Part shown: one piece after another, positions 12,291 to 26,142 of the stretch
Numbering within the stretch: position 1 is the stretch's first letter
Layout: the number at the start of each line of letters is the position of its first letter
Assembly: GCF_004010195.1 (NCBI RefSeq)
Contig: NC_057735.1
Span: 11,154,420-11,214,675 of the forward strand
Source of the DNA: Chiloscyllium plagiosum
Taxonomy: Eukaryota
Length of the DNA stretch: 60,256 bases
Direction: 5' to 3'
Position numbers and translations under genes: made by a program
Notes under the pieces: generated by a model
The model's database searches: none
Told to the model about the DNA's origin: nothing
Seen by the model: the letters and a program-made list of their open reading frames with translations, nothing else

Positions 12291-13109
12291 CATATCCTGA
12301 ATCTTCTTGCCAGTGGCTCATATCCAGCAGACAGTGAGTGCTGAGCCTGAGTCTGAATGACAGTTGTTCACCTCTCCAAGGAGACAGCTAGACATACGGC
12401 TCAGGATTGATAGTGATGGTTGATGCCTCCATCCCCATTGATCCAGTTTAAGGACTGTCTCTGACATACCGACCTGCTGTGATTGTGCTTGTCTCTGCAT
12501 TTTCACAACTTCAATAAAATTACACCTGACAATTCTGAAGATAGAAGCCATTGTCTTTATCTCAACACAATCACCTTTCCTTAACCACTGATTCCATCCC
12601 CCTCTCTGTCCAACAGAGCTCTCATTCACGATGTTGTTAGCTCCACACTCAATCATTCCAACATCATTCTGTCCAGCCTTGAATATTCAAACTTCCACTC
12701 ATCCATATTTCTCCTTCAGCTTTACCTCTTTGAAGGTGCTATATAAATGCAACTTGCCATATTCATAAACACACTGAAAGTCAAGGCTTTGAAAATGAAC
12801 ATGCTTCTCAGTTCACCGTATTTAGAAAGCTGCAAATTTGCCCATCATTCTGAAACAATTTGAAGTTTTATCCCAAATGTTACAAACCAAATTAATTTCA
12901 ATAGAATTGAATAATTTTAATTTTTTATCAAATTAACTTTTAAATGTGGTAAAATAGTGTTCCACGCAATTTATTCTGGTTATAAAAAAATGTTTCTGTC
13001 TGCAGCATGCTACATGTGAATGCTTCATTGTAAATGAACACATATTCAGTTTGGGCCCATTCCATTAAAACCTCAAACAGGTTCCTGGCCAATGAGGAAT
13101 GTAATTGAG

Positions 13110-13460
13110 AATTATAGAATCCCTACAGTGCAGAAAGAGGCCATTTGGCCCATCTGGTCTGCACCAGTCATCTGAAGAACATCCTACCAGACCCAGAACC
13201 CCACTCTGTTCCCATAGCCACACATTTCCCATGGCTAACCCACATTACCTGTACATCCGTGGTATTGTGGGCAATTTAGCATGACCGAACCTGCACATTG
13301 CTAGAAGTTCGGAGAAAACTGTAGCACGTGGAGGAGACCCACACAGACAGAGGAAAAATGTGCAAACTGCACAGACAGTCACCCAAGGTTTGAACTGAGC
13401 TCAGTTCATGGGAGCTGTGAGGCAGCAGTGCTAACCACTGGGCCAATGTGCCATCCATTT
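13110..13460 (-). mobile_element. HE1-like tRNA-derived SINE (old)
   Basis: Reverse complement of GGCACA..CAGTGGTTAGCACTGCTGCCTCACAGC with LINE-derived tail. Confidence 0.8.
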
Positions 13461-15479
13461 TTGAGAGGGTGGGGTGTAAAAAACAAGTTTCCACACTTGT
13501 TGCATGGTTTGATGTTCATTGTGTTTTGACACTATCAGAAAAAAGTGTGAATATTATCAAGGAGGATGTGTGATAGATAGCCATGGATGTACAATGAGAG
13601 TAAGTGTGAGTTACTTTTGTCTGCAAATTGGAGAGAGAGCTGCCCTGGTACAGCACTTGCTGGAGGCTAATGTTGTGGGTCCTGGTCCATTTGAAGGACA
13701 TTGTTGGATGTGGATGGAACAAACAGTGGACAGATGTATCGGGGTCGGGCCTGAGCGGGATGTAGGTTATGAATCACAAAGAGGACAGGTGAAAGGGGGG
13801 AGAAGCTTTATCGATTAATCTACAGGGGAGATTCCAAAGGACCAAAAGAAGAGATATTAATTAAACGGTGCTGTAAACTGGGCTAATGTTCCTAAGCACT
13901 GAGCATTTTATTTTGTCCAGGAACTGTGTGACAATAGCTCAGGAGTCCAGGAATATGTCACTAACTGTTACAGCAGGGACATTAAACAACTCTTCCAAAG
14001 GATTTCGAAAAGCTTGCTAGACACTTGGCCTCCTCTGTCACTGGGAAAACCCCAGAACCTGTGGGGAAAGCCCATTGCGAAACCACAACCCATACCTGCA
14101 GACACTGTAACACCCTCCTGGCACCCATTGCCTACAGCTCAGTAAACAGGGAGAACTGTGTCACCTGTAGCAATATGTCTGCAGCCACGTTTGCGCAGCC
14201 ACTGACAGAAATGCTCAGTGGACAGGCTTTCTGGAAAGGCAGGGAGGGGGCAGTTTTCTTAGAGCCCACATCAGTGTTAATCAACAGGATATTGTGGGTG
14301 GCACACTCTGGGTCAGTCAAGGCTGTACTGAGAGTTTTCAGACCCAGCCCTTTGATCACAATCTCTGGGAAGGAAACCTCCTGGGACAGGCTCATGTCCA
14401 TGTTGTGGGTGGATCACTGCACCATTCCAGAGCAAATGGGACATCCATCCGAATGGGGGAGGGTCTTTGTGGCAGCTCTAGGTCCTGCAATTGTTTGTCT
14501 CAGAAGAACGGTCTTTTAAACACTGCTGAGTGACCGTCTACCAGGATGTGGCTTTGACACTGAACAAGTCACTTTACAGGATCCCTGACAATTAGATCAG
14601 ATATTCTTCACTTTGTTAATAACTGCTGCCTTCACTGTTTCATCACAGAATCTAATTTTTCAATCTGGTCCGATTTTTCCAACTGATTCTACAGTGTTCA
14701 TGTCATTCAGGGGCTGGGGGATCTCTACTCTCTGTTTCTGACACTCAGACACTGGTGACCATTGGGGTATTAACCCCCAAATGTTTCCAAGTGTTCTCCA
14801 GGAGTTTACCCAACGTGTTGTTTCTGTTTCCCAGACAGAGTATTGCGATGATCCTTGTTGGTTCAGTCTCTGGGTAATGACTCCAGTGACTCTCCTTCCA
14901 TATTAAGGGTTAAGGTGGGGGCACTGCCTTCAGCATTGGGGCTGGGGATGAGCACGGTTTTTGAAGAGTGTCAGCCCCTTCAATCTTCTCAAAGGTGAAA
15001 CCCAGCATGGTTCACCAGATTCACTCATCATCAACCATGTCCTGGTGAATACAAAGCCCCATGTCAGCCGGTTCACCAGAGGGATCCTCACCTTGGAATT
15101 GAAACTCACTCCCAGTTACTCAATCACAGCTCATGTTTGAAAGAATTGTCTCTCTGTTGTTGAATTCCTTTCTCTGCCTAAAATTGACCCCATGACTTGT
15201 TTACTTGGATCTTGTGGAAATGGAACAGAGGATGTCCTACTCCTGCACATCCAGGAGATTAGATCCTGACACAATAATTATTCAGCACCGAGATCGGAAT
15301 CATTTGGCCTAAAAGCAAAATTTTAATAAAAGTCCTGCGTTGAATTGCAGCAGTAATTTTCACAAAAGAAATTTCTATTTGTTAAAAACTGTTTGTTGAA
15401 AGTTCTGACACTGGAGAATGAGTCAGTTGGTGTTCATCTGAGAATGGGAAAATGGCGGCAACGAAGTTGGCAGATTTTG

Positions 15480-15710
15480 GCTCAGTGTCTAGACTAGAGT
15501 GGGGCTGGAAAAGCACAGCCGGTTAGGCAGCGTCTGAGGAGCAGGAAAATCGACGTTTCGGGCAAAAGCACCTCATCAGGATTGAAGCTGGGCTTTGGCC
15601 CGAAACATCGATTTTCCTACTCCTCTAATGCTGCCTTACTGGCTGTGCTTTTCCAGCCCCACTCTAATCAAGACTCTGTTTTCCAGCATCTGCAGTCCTC
15701 ACTTTTGCCG
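15480..15710. mobile_element. Penelope-like inverted terminal fragments
   Basis: Inverted pair around 15585; minus-strand CTGATGAGGTGCTTTTGCCCGAAACGTCG. Confidence 0.65.
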
Positions 15711-15862
15711 AGATTCTAGACTCAGCCCTGGGCTCGCCCTGTCCAGCCATTTCTCATCTTTTTTCCCGTTTCTCGATCTTCTCTTCTTAATTATTTTCAG
15801 GTTTTCTAACTCACCTTGTGGAGTTAGTGGTGGTGACAACATCAGAGTGTGGCAGCAGCCTA

Positions 15863-15980
15863 GGCCCTGGAGTGGAGTGGGCCTGGAGTGGAGTGGGCCT
15901 GGAGTAGAAGGGAGTGGGCCTGGAATAGAGGGGAGTGGGCCTGGAATAGAGGGGAGTGAGCCTGGATAGAGGGGAGTGGG
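15863..15980 (+). repeat. About 21-bp tandem repeat (GGAGTGGGCCTGGAATAGAGG)
   Basis: Directly visible imperfect tandem copies. Confidence 0.85.
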
Positions 15981-16742
15981 CAGTGGGTGGCGGCAGGACG
16001 AGTGCGGATTGGGCGGTGGGTGAGGGTGCCGGAGCAGGGACCGTGTCACAAATGATGGTCAGCATTTTTCTTGTCTGACTGGAATCAGCTCAGTGTGAGG
16101 AGAGAGAGAGAGAGATAGCGAGAGAGAGAGAGACGACATGTGGAATCCCCCAACATGGAGCGACTGCAGGCTATAGAAGGACTGTAATGTCTATCTTTTA
16201 ACTTTATCTCTCTATTTCCCTAACATATACAATGAAAAACTGTCATGTAGAACTTTTAGCTTTTTCCTTTATTTCTCTATTTTTGGAACTAATCTATTTT
16301 AGCCCCTGAGTTTTATAATGATACACTTTGTCCCTAAGATGACATTGTGCATGGCAACATCGTACACTTTTCAGTGGACCCCTATACGTTTGTACTTGAG
16401 CACACATGACAATAAAACCGAATTCTAATTCTAATTCAGGATAAATAATGAACTTGGGTCACCATTGCCCATAGCATCTGATTCCTTCACCATTTTGATT
16501 TCAGGATTCTTTGTTCATTTAATGAAAGTTAATTTTGTTCTTCTTTTAAATACAACTGACAGGAAGCTCTCCTTCAGGGTCAGTTCACACCCTCTAGCTT
16601 CCTGTAGTTTCAGCAGCTGGCTTCTTATATCCTCTTCCTCATTTAACTTCTTGTAGACATTGCAGTTCACACTTACCACAATGTGAGAAACAAGAGCTGA
16701 GAGACTGACATCAAGAACTGAGCTGATCTTTTGAATAAAATG

Positions 16743-16779
16743 ATGTGGATTTTAATTGTCCTCATTTGTTCCATTCCTG
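16743..16779 (+). pseudogene. Gene B leader exon (MWILIVLICSIP)
   Basis: Homolog of the other leader exons, donor GTGAGT at 16780. Confidence 0.8.
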
Positions 16780-17469
16780 GTGAGTGACCATCCGAGTTGT
16801 ACATTAAGACAATCTATGTTTGTTGAAGTGCACTGTCTGGTTTGAACAGGAGAGACGCTTAAATATTTGTCAACCTGTAAAAGCAGAAAGGGAGATCTTG
16901 TCACACGTTGACAAAATCTTGAATTTGTGATTATTCCTTTTTTTACAGGACAATGATGTTTTGTGAGGCTCAGTTGCAAAAGTAGACGATTGATACAGAT
17001 TTCTCTTTGCTTAAGACACCGTTTTCCTTTCAGTCTTGAGCTTTAACCAAGTTGCTTACACTCTTTCATTTCCAACAAATTTAACATTGCAATGTAGCAC
17101 TGCAACAAAATTATTGTTCAATATTTCCATCTCACATTCATTTATAAACAAACTGTTTTAAAACAATCACCATTAAAGTTCCCAGTGAAACTCCAACTTG
17201 TTATTCACTCACTGTGACTGTCTAAATCTCTTTGCAGATTCTTTGTTTCTTCCTCACAGCTTGCACTCACACCCAACTTACTCCCATCAGTAAACTTAAC
17301 ATTATGTTGTGATGCAAAACCTAATGCTCAGAATACTCATTTACAAAATTTCCTGAGCATCCTTCAGTAAATGATATCCCTCTCTGTACCCTATACAATT
17401 TAATTCTTCTCGTCAAGCTGAGATAATTACACTTCCCAATCGATTATTACATGGCTCTTTCAATGGTCT

Positions 17470-18130
17470 GAAAGAGAGTACACATTACAGAAGAGGAGGT
17501 TCCTGACATCTTAAAACACATTAAGGTAGATAAATCCCCAGGATCTTATGAAGTCTATCCCAAGGCCATTTGGGAGACCTGGGAGGAAATTGTGGGGCCC
17601 CTAGCACAGATATTTGTGTCAGCGATAGCCGTGGGTGGAGTGCCAAGAGGTTGGAGTGTGGCTAATCTTGGACAATTATTTAAGAAAGGCCACAGGGAAA
17701 TGCCTGGGAACTTCAGATTGAAGATCCGAACATCTCTTGTGGGTACCGTGTTAAAGGGGATTTAGACAGACAGGATGTACAGGCATTTGGAGAGGTAAGG
17801 ACTCACTTGTGAAAGTCAGAATCGCTTTGTGCACAGAAAATTGAATCTCACAAATTTAACTGAGTTTTATTGAAGGACTTTAGCAAGGCCTTTGATAAGG
17901 TGGGTTGATGAATAAGGTTAAATTTCACAGGATCCAGGAAGAGCTGACCAGTTGGATACAATTGAAGAGAGAAGGGTGGTGGTGCAGGGCTGTTTTCCAA
18001 CCTGGAGACCCATGACCAGTGATGTGCCTCAGGGGGTGGTGCTGGGTCCATTGTCATTTCTAGAATTATGATTAATATGATGGGCTGAAAGGCCTGTTTC
18101 TATGCTGTAAATCTCTATGACTCTATGACA
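17470..18130 (+). mobile_element. Degenerate, internally deleted CR1
   Basis: gtagataaatccccagga..., aaggcctttgataagg, ctatgactctatga tail. Confidence 0.75.
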
Positions 18131-19184
18131 ACACCTTCCAAATCAATGACTGCAAAACACCAAAAGCTCAAGGGCAACAAATACAGGTGAACATAATGAC
18201 CTGCAAGCTCCCTTCCATTCACCGCTCCTCCAGTGTGTCAGTATCCTGGATTTCCCTCCCTAACAGCAGTGCGTGGTCAACTGCACTGAATGAACTGTAA
18301 CAGTTCAAGAAGTGAGCTCATCACCACATTCTCAGGGGCAATAAAGAATGGGTAATCCATGCTGGCCCAGCCAGGAACACCCACAGCCCCTGTGTGAATA
18401 AAACAAAGGTCACCTCACCTCTTCATTTGTTTGTCAATGAATGGAAACTGGTAAACTGATGATGCACAATGAGGATGATACCGGTGGATGGTTGGTTATA
18501 GATCTGGGGAGTCTCTGCAGGATTGGCTGTGGATACTGAGAAGGGCCAGTGGGATTATGTGTTACAATGCTGCAGTGCTAGTCACAAACAAAAGGGCACA
18601 ACTCTAGGGAAACCCTGGATTCCCGGCAGCAATGAGTCACTGTGAATGCATAGAGGTTCTGAAGGATTCTGGAAAATGGGTAGTTCCATAATTAAAATAC
18701 AGATCAGCCCCAATCTGACTGATGGGCTGAATGGCTTCACCCCTTTTTCTATTTTCTGGAACTTCACTGAATTTTGCAATGGATCTGGAAGTATGACCAG
18801 AAATGTGCTGAGGGACAACATTTCAAACAATGAATGCTCAAGAGCAGATTTTGTCCAAATTTGTTTCTGAACACAGTTATTGCATGCTCACTCAAAATCT
18901 CATCAGAAACGTTGGCGCCAGGTCACCAATGTACTTGGACAATAAACTAAAAACAGCAACAAAGGGCGAATTTTAACTGCACATCCCAATAGAACAGAAA
19001 ATCGTACAATAAATGTATTTAAATGGGCAAAAACATGAAATTCAATATACTTGTGGTTGAACCATTTGAGATTTGGGGTATTTGAATACCTTCTCAGGAG
19101 ATATGGTCTCTGATTCTTGTATTTAAATAAAGTTCCATTACTCAGATTGTGACATGAACCTCATCGCTGTTGGCCCCTTTATCC

Positions 19185-19660
19185 CAGCTCAGCCAGAATA
19201 TCATGTCCATCTTAATTGCCTGTGAAAAGGCAGTGGTGAGCTTCCTTCTTGAACGGCTGCAGTCCGTGTGATGAAGAGACACCCAGAATGATGTTGGGAA
19301 GGTAATTCCCGGGTTGTGACCTGGTGAAACTGAAGGAAAGTGGTCAGGTTAGTATGAGGATTGAAGAGGAAATTGCAGATGATAGTGTTTGTATGGCATT
19401 TGTGTTCCCTGTATTTCACAGTATTAAATGTCGCAGGTTTGGAAGGTATTGTCGGATGTACTGTCACTTGGTGAGGTACTGCAAGGCATCTTGTAGATGG
19501 TCCACATTGGTGCCACTGTACGTTGAGGATTGAATGTTTAGGATCATGGAAATGGTGCCAAACAAGTGGGCAACTTTGTCCTGGAATGTATCAAATGGCT
19601 TCAATATTGTTGGAGCTGCACCCATCCAGGGAAGTGGGGAGTTTCCCATCTAACTCCTGA
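19185..19660 (-). mobile_element. Old LINE 3' fragment (related piece at about 18140-18400, +)
   Basis: WMGAAPTILKPFDTFQDKVAHLFG and gcagttcaagaaggaagctcaccac 3' motif. Confidence 0.5.
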
Positions 19661-20066
19661 CTTGTGCAACTCAAATTGTGGAGTGTCAGGAGGAGAGTTA
19701 TCTCCTGGGACCAATCAGTGTGTAGGAAGTATCTCCCACTGCAGCTCCTGGATGCCTGGATTTCGGAGCAGGAGCGATGCCTGTAGACATTGTGGAGCAT
19801 CCAGGAGATGTTGAGTATTATGGATAGCAGATATAGAGAGATGGTCACTCTGCAGCCTGAAACTCCACAGCAGAGAGGAAACAAATATCCTCAGGAAGAG
19901 AAAGAGGATTGATCTGGGGAAGTTGGGGCATGGGATTGGGCCTGGAGGTAATGAGGGGAGGGTTTCAATCGGGCTACGGTTGGCCAGACTCTGTCCATTC
20001 TTTCTACTCCCACATTTGCCGTCTATTCCGATTTTGATGTCAGTCCTGGTCTGTGCACATTCACAT

Positions 20067-21062
20067 TCTGGAACAGTACATGATACAACACCGTGAAGGG
20101 TGTGGAACTGTACATGATACAACACAGTGCAGGGACTGGAACTGTACATNNNNNNNNNNNNNNNNNNNNNNNNNNNNNNNNNNNNNNNNNNNNNNNNNNN
20201 NNNNNNNNNNNNNNNNNNNNNNNNNNNNNNNNNNNNNNNNNNNNNNNNNNNNNNNNNNNNNNNNNNNNNNNNNNNNNNNNNNNNNNNNNNNNNNNNNNNN
20301 NNNNNNNNNNNNNNNNNNNNNNNNNNNNNNNNNNNNNNNNNNNNNNNNNNNNNNNNNNNNNNNNNNNNNNNNNNNNNNNNNNNNNNNNNNNNNNNNNNNN
20401 NNNNNNNNNNNNNNNNNNNNNNNNNNNNNNNNNNNNNNNNNNNNNNNNNNNNNNNNNNNNNNNNNNNNNNNNNNNNNNNNNNNNNNNNNNNNNNNNNNNN
20501 NNNNNNNNNNNNNNNNNNNNNNNNNNNNNNNNNNNNNNNNNNNNNNNNNNNNNNNNNNNNNNNNNNNNNNNNNNNNNNNNNNNNNNNNNNNNNNNNNNNN
20601 NNNNNNNNNNNNNNNNNNNNNNNNNNNNNNNNNNNNNNNNNNNNNNNNNCCTGTACGTGACACAACACAGTGCAGGGACTGGAAAATGTACATGAAACAA
20701 CACTGTGCAGGGTCTGGAACTGTTCATGAAACAACACTGTGCAGGGTCTGGAACTGTTCATGACACAACACAGTGCAGGGACTGGAACTGTACATGACAC
20801 AACACCGTGCAGGGACTGGAACTGTATATGACACAACAATGTGCAGGGATGGAACTGTACATGATACAACAATGTGCAGGGATGGAACTGTACATGATAC
20901 AACACCGTGCAGGGTCTGGAACTGTACATGACACAACACCGTGTAGAGACTAGAACTGTACATGACACAACAATGTGCAGGGATGGAACTGCACATGACA
21001 CAACACCGTGCAGGGTGTGGAAGTGTACATGACACAGCACTATGCTTGGTCTGGAACTGTGT
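20067..21062. repeat. 33-34 bp minisatellite (GGAACTGTACATGACACAACACCGTGCAGGGACT) spanning an assembly gap
   Basis: Tandem copies on both sides of N run 20150-20649; more copies at 23104-23165. Confidence 0.95.
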
Positions 21063-23790
21063 GCATGCACGTTCCTGAGTGAGTGTGCACTCACATTGTC
21101 CTGCATTCCCACTGTTAGCAGACACTGCCTTCATTTGTTAATAATTTATTTTTTCAGCAGTATTAGCTACTTATGTTTTCAAGAATTGACGGGATATAAA
21201 ACATCGAAGGTGACCATCACATTGCGTGATGTCAGTAACCACTCCTGCAAACCGTGGAACACCCTCGTGGTAACAATGCTCTCCAAGGAAACACACAGGC
21301 AGATATCGAGCTGCGCTTTCTGTTGCAAGAATATCTGCAGCTAACAAGGAGAATGTGGAGTCTAATTCTATTCATTTATTCACTGCCCAGTGAGTGACAG
21401 CCAGAACTGGAGAGTTGGATTGTCATTGTAGAGTCACATCTCGTTTATGTTTTGTTCAGCAGTGATGGTTAAATACTCAGAGACACATATAGGCACAGAA
21501 TACTCAGGAGAAATTTTTGGATGAAGTCTTATACCTACTTTGTGTATCCTATTCAATCTCAAAAATACTTACCAAAATAAACTAATGCACATTATTCATG
21601 TTGAACATCAAATGAAGGGTCCTGCTTCAATTTTTACAAGAGTTGTGAGTAACATTAAATATGTTATTGCTGCATTTCTTTTATCTGTTAAAATTTGGAG
21701 AAAGGCCAATTTTGATGATATTAAGCAAGAACTTTCGAAAGCTGATGGGGGGCAGATGTTCGCAGGTAAAGGGACGGCTAGAAAATGGTAAGCCTTCAGA
21801 AATGAGATAACAAGAATCCAGAGAAAGTATATTCCTGTCAGGGTGAAAGGGAAGGCTGGTAGGTATAGGGAATGCTGGGTAATTAAAGAAATTGAGGGTT
21901 TGGTTAAGAAAAAGAAGAAAGTATATGTAAGGTATAGACAGGATAGATTGAGTGAATCCTTAGCAGAGTATGAAGCAGGTAGGAGTGTACTTAAGAGGGA
22001 AATCAGGAGGGCAAAAAGGGGACATGAGATAGCTTTGGCAAATATAATTAGGGAGAATCGAAAGAGTTTTTACAAATATATTAAAGACAAAAGGGTAACT
22101 AGGGAGAGAATAGGGCCCCTCAAAGCTCAGCAAGGCGGCCTTTGTGTGGATCCGCAGAAAATGGGGGAGATACTAAATGAGTATTTTGCATCAGGGATAT
22201 GGAAGATATAGACTGCAGGGAAATAGATGGTGACATCTTGCAAAATGTCCAGATTACAGAGGAGGAAGTGCTGGATGTCTTGAAATGGGTAAAGGTGGAT
22301 AAATCCACAGGACCTGATCAGGTGTACCAGAGCACTCTGTGGGAAGCTAGAGAACTGATTGCTGGGCCTCTTGCTGAGATATTTATATCATCGATAGTCA
22401 CAGGTGAGGTGCTGGAACACTGGAGGTTGGCAAATGTGGTGTCACTGTTTAAGAAGGGTGGTAAGGACAAGCCAGGGAAATATAGACCGGTGAGCCTGAC
22501 GTTGGTAGTGGGCAAGTTGTTGGAGGGAATCCTGAGGGACAGGATGTACATGTATTTGGAAAGGCAAGGACTGATCAGGGATCGTCAACATGGCTTTGTG
22601 CGTATGAAATCATATCTCACAAACTTGATTGAGCTTTTTGAGGAAGTAACAAAGAGGATTGATGAGGGCAGAGCAGNNNNNNNNNNNNNNNNNNNNNNNN
22701 NNNNNNNNNNNNNNNNNNNNNNNNNNNNNNNNNNNNNNNNNNNNNNNNNNNNNNNNNNNNNNNNNNNNNNNNNNNNNNNNNNNNNNNNNNNNNNNNNNNN
22801 NNNNNNNNNNNNNNNNNNNNNNNNNNNNNNNNNNNNNNNNNNNNNNNNNNNNNNNNNNNNNNNNNNNNNNNNNNNNNNNNNNNNNNNNNNNNNNNNNNNN
22901 NNNNNNNNNNNNNNNNNNNNNNNNNNNNNNNNNNNNNNNNNNNNNNNNNNNNNNNNNNNNNNNNNNNNNNNNNNNNNNNNNNNNNNNNNNNNNNNNNNNN
23001 NNNNNNNNNNNNNNNNNNNNNNNNNNNNNNNNNNNNNNNNNNNNNNNNNNNNNNNNNNNNNNNNNNNNNNNNNNNNNNNNNNNNNNNNNNNNNNNNNNNN
23101 NNNGACACAACATTGTGCAGGGACTGGAACTGTACATGACACAACACTGTGCAGGGTGTGGAAATGTGTGCATGCACCTTCTTGAGTGAGTGCGCACTCA
23201 CATTTTTCCTGTGTTCCCAATGTTAGTAGGCACTGTCTTAAGTTGTTAATTCTTGACACATTTATTTTTTCAGCAGCATTAGACACTTATATTTTCAGCT
23301 TCGTTTCTAAGACATCTCAGGATGATTAGCATATTGCATGATGTCAGTAACTATATCTGCAACACCCTTCTGGTAACAATTCTCTACAAGGAAGCAAACT
23401 GGCAGATATCGAGCTGTGCTTTCTGTGGCAAACATATATGCAGCTAACAAGGAAAATGTGGAGTCTGATTTTATTCATCATTCACTGCCCAGTGAGTAAC
23501 AGCCAGAACTGGTGAGTCAGATTGTCAGTCTTGACTTAGGTCTAGTATATATCCTATTCAGCAGCGATGGTTAAATACTCAGAGACATATACAGGTACAG
23601 AATACTCAAGAGAAACATTTGGATGAAGTCTTATACCTACTTTGTGTATACTATTCAATCTCAAAAATATTTCCAATGTATACTAATGCACATTAATCTT
23701 GTTGAATATCAAACATAGGTTCCTACTTCGTTTTTTACAACAGGTGTGAGTAACATATAACAAATGCAAGAGTAACATATTTAATCTGTT
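21040..23790 (+). repeat. Diverged direct duplication (about 21040-21690 versus 23140-23790)
   Basis: Same sequence follows each minisatellite block, with scattered substitutions. Confidence 0.8.
21695..22676 (+). mobile_element. CR1 LINE ORF2 fragment running into gap
   Basis: WRKANFD..., KSTGPDQVY, YRPVSLTLVVGKLLEGIL, QHGF. Confidence 0.92.
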
Positions 23791-24207
23791 AAAAGCGAAC
23801 TTTTGCTTGCAATTTGCTATCCAATAGAAACTGAAGGCTGTAGTGGTAATGAAGCCTCTAAGGGACCATGCCCTGAGTTTGTAATTGTTTCTGTTCTGCT
23901 GCTGAAATATTGAGGCTCTTTCAATGTCACTGCTCCTCAATCACACACATTTTATACACAGTGTTCCATCAGTAAGGCATTGTTTTCCTTTCATTCTTTA
24001 GCTCTAAACAAGTAAATTTATTGCTTTTGCATCCACTCCAAATTAATGTTACGATTTTAACTTTAGTGAAATTTGTGCTGGAGACTCTTCATAGCAGAAC
24101 TGAAGAAATTGCAGAAGGAGTCAGCTCTTGGGCCCTTTGAGGTTGCTCCATCTCTGAACAACATTGTGGCTGATCTCTCTCAACTCCTCGTGCCTGTGCA
24201 AGCCCCA

Positions 24208-24700
24208 TATAGAGTCACAGAGTCACAAAGATGTACAGCACGGAAGTAGACTCTTCAGTCCAACTTGCCCATGCTGACTAGATCTCCTAACCTAATCTAG
24301 TCCCATTTGCCAGCACTTGGCCCATATCCCTCTAAATCCTAGATATTCATATACTCAATCTGATGTATTCTAAATGCCGTAATTGTATCAGCGTCCACCA
24401 CTTCCCTGGCAGCTTATTCCATACACGCACTTCTGCGTGGAAAAGTTCCCTCTTAGTTCCTTTTTAAATTTTTCCCCTCTCAGACTAAACCTATGCTCTG
24501 CAGTTCTGGAATCCACCGCCCCAGGAAAATGACCATGTCTATTTACCTTATCCATGCCCCTCATGATTTTATAAACCTTTCTAAGGTCACCCCTCAGCCT
24601 CTGCCACTTGAGGGAAAACATTCCTCATCCCATTGACCCATCCGATCAAGATTCCATCGTACTCTGAGGTAACCTTTGCTGTCCACTAAACCTCCAATAA
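24208..24700 (-). mobile_element. CR1 3' fragment
   Basis: RLRGDLRKVYKIMRG ORF2 end plus 3' UTR. Confidence 0.85.
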
Positions 24701-25842
24701 AAGGCAACTGTGTGGACCTGAAAGCTGATAGAGCTGAAGGGAACTGGAGATAGGTCAGTACGGAAGCAGCTGCAGACAGTCAAAGTGATATTCCAGAATA
24801 CTCAGAACACATGCATTCCTCCTGGAAAGGAAAATTTTAAGGGGATGGCCCTGAAGGAGTTCATTAAATGTTAATCCCAAAACACACAAACATTAATTCA
24901 CAAAATCCATCGCCAAGACAGATAGCTCTGCAGAAATACCATGGGTGGAAAACATTGGCAAAGAGACCCCAATTGTTCTGATCGAGAATCCAAGTAACAA
25001 TTCTGGAGTTCAGTGATTTCCCTCAAATATTTTGTTTTCTGGCAATCTTGTTAATTTAGTTAAATGTGGTGATCCTTAAATTTGGAGCTGGCCAATGTAT
25101 TTTGTTGTTGCATCTTTCTTTATTACACGAAAGAACAAAAAAGATAAAAATAAAGTAAGCTTAGCTATCTGCTATGAAACAGCACTCTGAATAGACCACC
25201 CAAAGTTATACACCTCAAATACTGTAAGTTTACTGTATTGTCACTCCTGCGTTATGGTCTGATTTCTTAGTGTGTGTGTTTACATTGATTATATAGATCT
25301 CATGATCACCTGGAAAATTTGGTCAGCCAGTACACTCTGCTCCAATAGGTGCCAGATAAAACAAAGTTTGATGTAATTCAGGCTTGGAAATTTTTCAAAT
25401 TAAGCCTTGACATTGAGGTAACTGTACTTATGCAATTTAGTTGAAAAAATATATTTGCCTTTGACACCATTACGGTCCCCACCAAATCCTGCCCCAAAAG
25501 AATTGACTTACTGTATTTTTCTGAGCTAAAATAAATCAATAATTATTTGAATCAAAAGCAAGCAAGAGCCTTTCAATATTTATTCACCCTGTCGTAAACT
25601 CCACAGCATCAACAATAATCTATTAACACTCCAGAAGGTATGCAGTTTCCTCTCTGCTCTCTGACATGTGTGGATTGGGTCATTATTCTGGAAAGATCAC
25701 TCTGATGTTGTCTTTTATAACCCTGTCAATAACTATGTCACAAGAGTAACCAACACCCAAATGCCAACAATTTGAAATCCAATCACTGAAAATGATACGC
25801 ATACATTATGTTTCCATGCATATATGTACAGATGCCTTTCAT

Positions 25843-26142
25843 CGGCACGGTGGCACAGTGGTTAGCACTGCTGCCTAACAGCGCCAGAGACCTAGGTTCA
25901 ATTACCGGCTCAGGCGACTCTCTGTGTGGAGTTTGCACATTCTCCCTGTGTCTGCGTGGGTTTCCTTCGGGTGCTCCGGTTTCCTCCCACAATCCAAAAA
26001 TGTGCAGGTTAGGTGAATTGGCCACGCTAAATTGCCCATAGTGTTGGGTGTAGGGGAATGGGTCTGGGTGGGTTGCACTTCGGCGGGTCGGTGTGGACTT
26101 GTTGGGCCGAAGGGCCTGTTTCCACACTGTAAGTAATCTAAT
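25843..26142 (+). mobile_element. HE1-like SINE (young)
   Basis: CGGCACGGTGGCACAGTGGTTAGCACTGCTGCC head with A/B boxes; tail ...ccacactgtaagtaatctaatc. Confidence 0.9.

Larger units (their letters stand above)
11480..15330 (+). repeat. Segmental duplication: intergenic/upstream block of the receptor unit
   Basis: Reverse-complement homologs at about 27935-30030, 45190-48430 and 50225-54030; same-strand piece at 336-543; the same spurious ORFs recur. Confidence 0.9.

Noticed and set aside
14025-14519. 164-aa ORF recurring in three copies as a conserved gene
   Set aside because: Recurrence is explained by recent segmental duplication; non-ATG start, frameshift in the 45977 copy, no recognisable domain
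20067-21062. CRISPR-like array or RSS heptamers (CACAGTG) in the repeat
   Set aside because: Contiguous tandem units with no unique spacers, no cas genes and no spaced nonamer; eukaryotic context
19715-23286. Long ORFs containing X runs
   Set aside because: Span assembly gaps, minisatellite and CR1 sequence
25843-25920. tRNA gene
   Set aside because: tRNA-derived head of an HE1-like SINE
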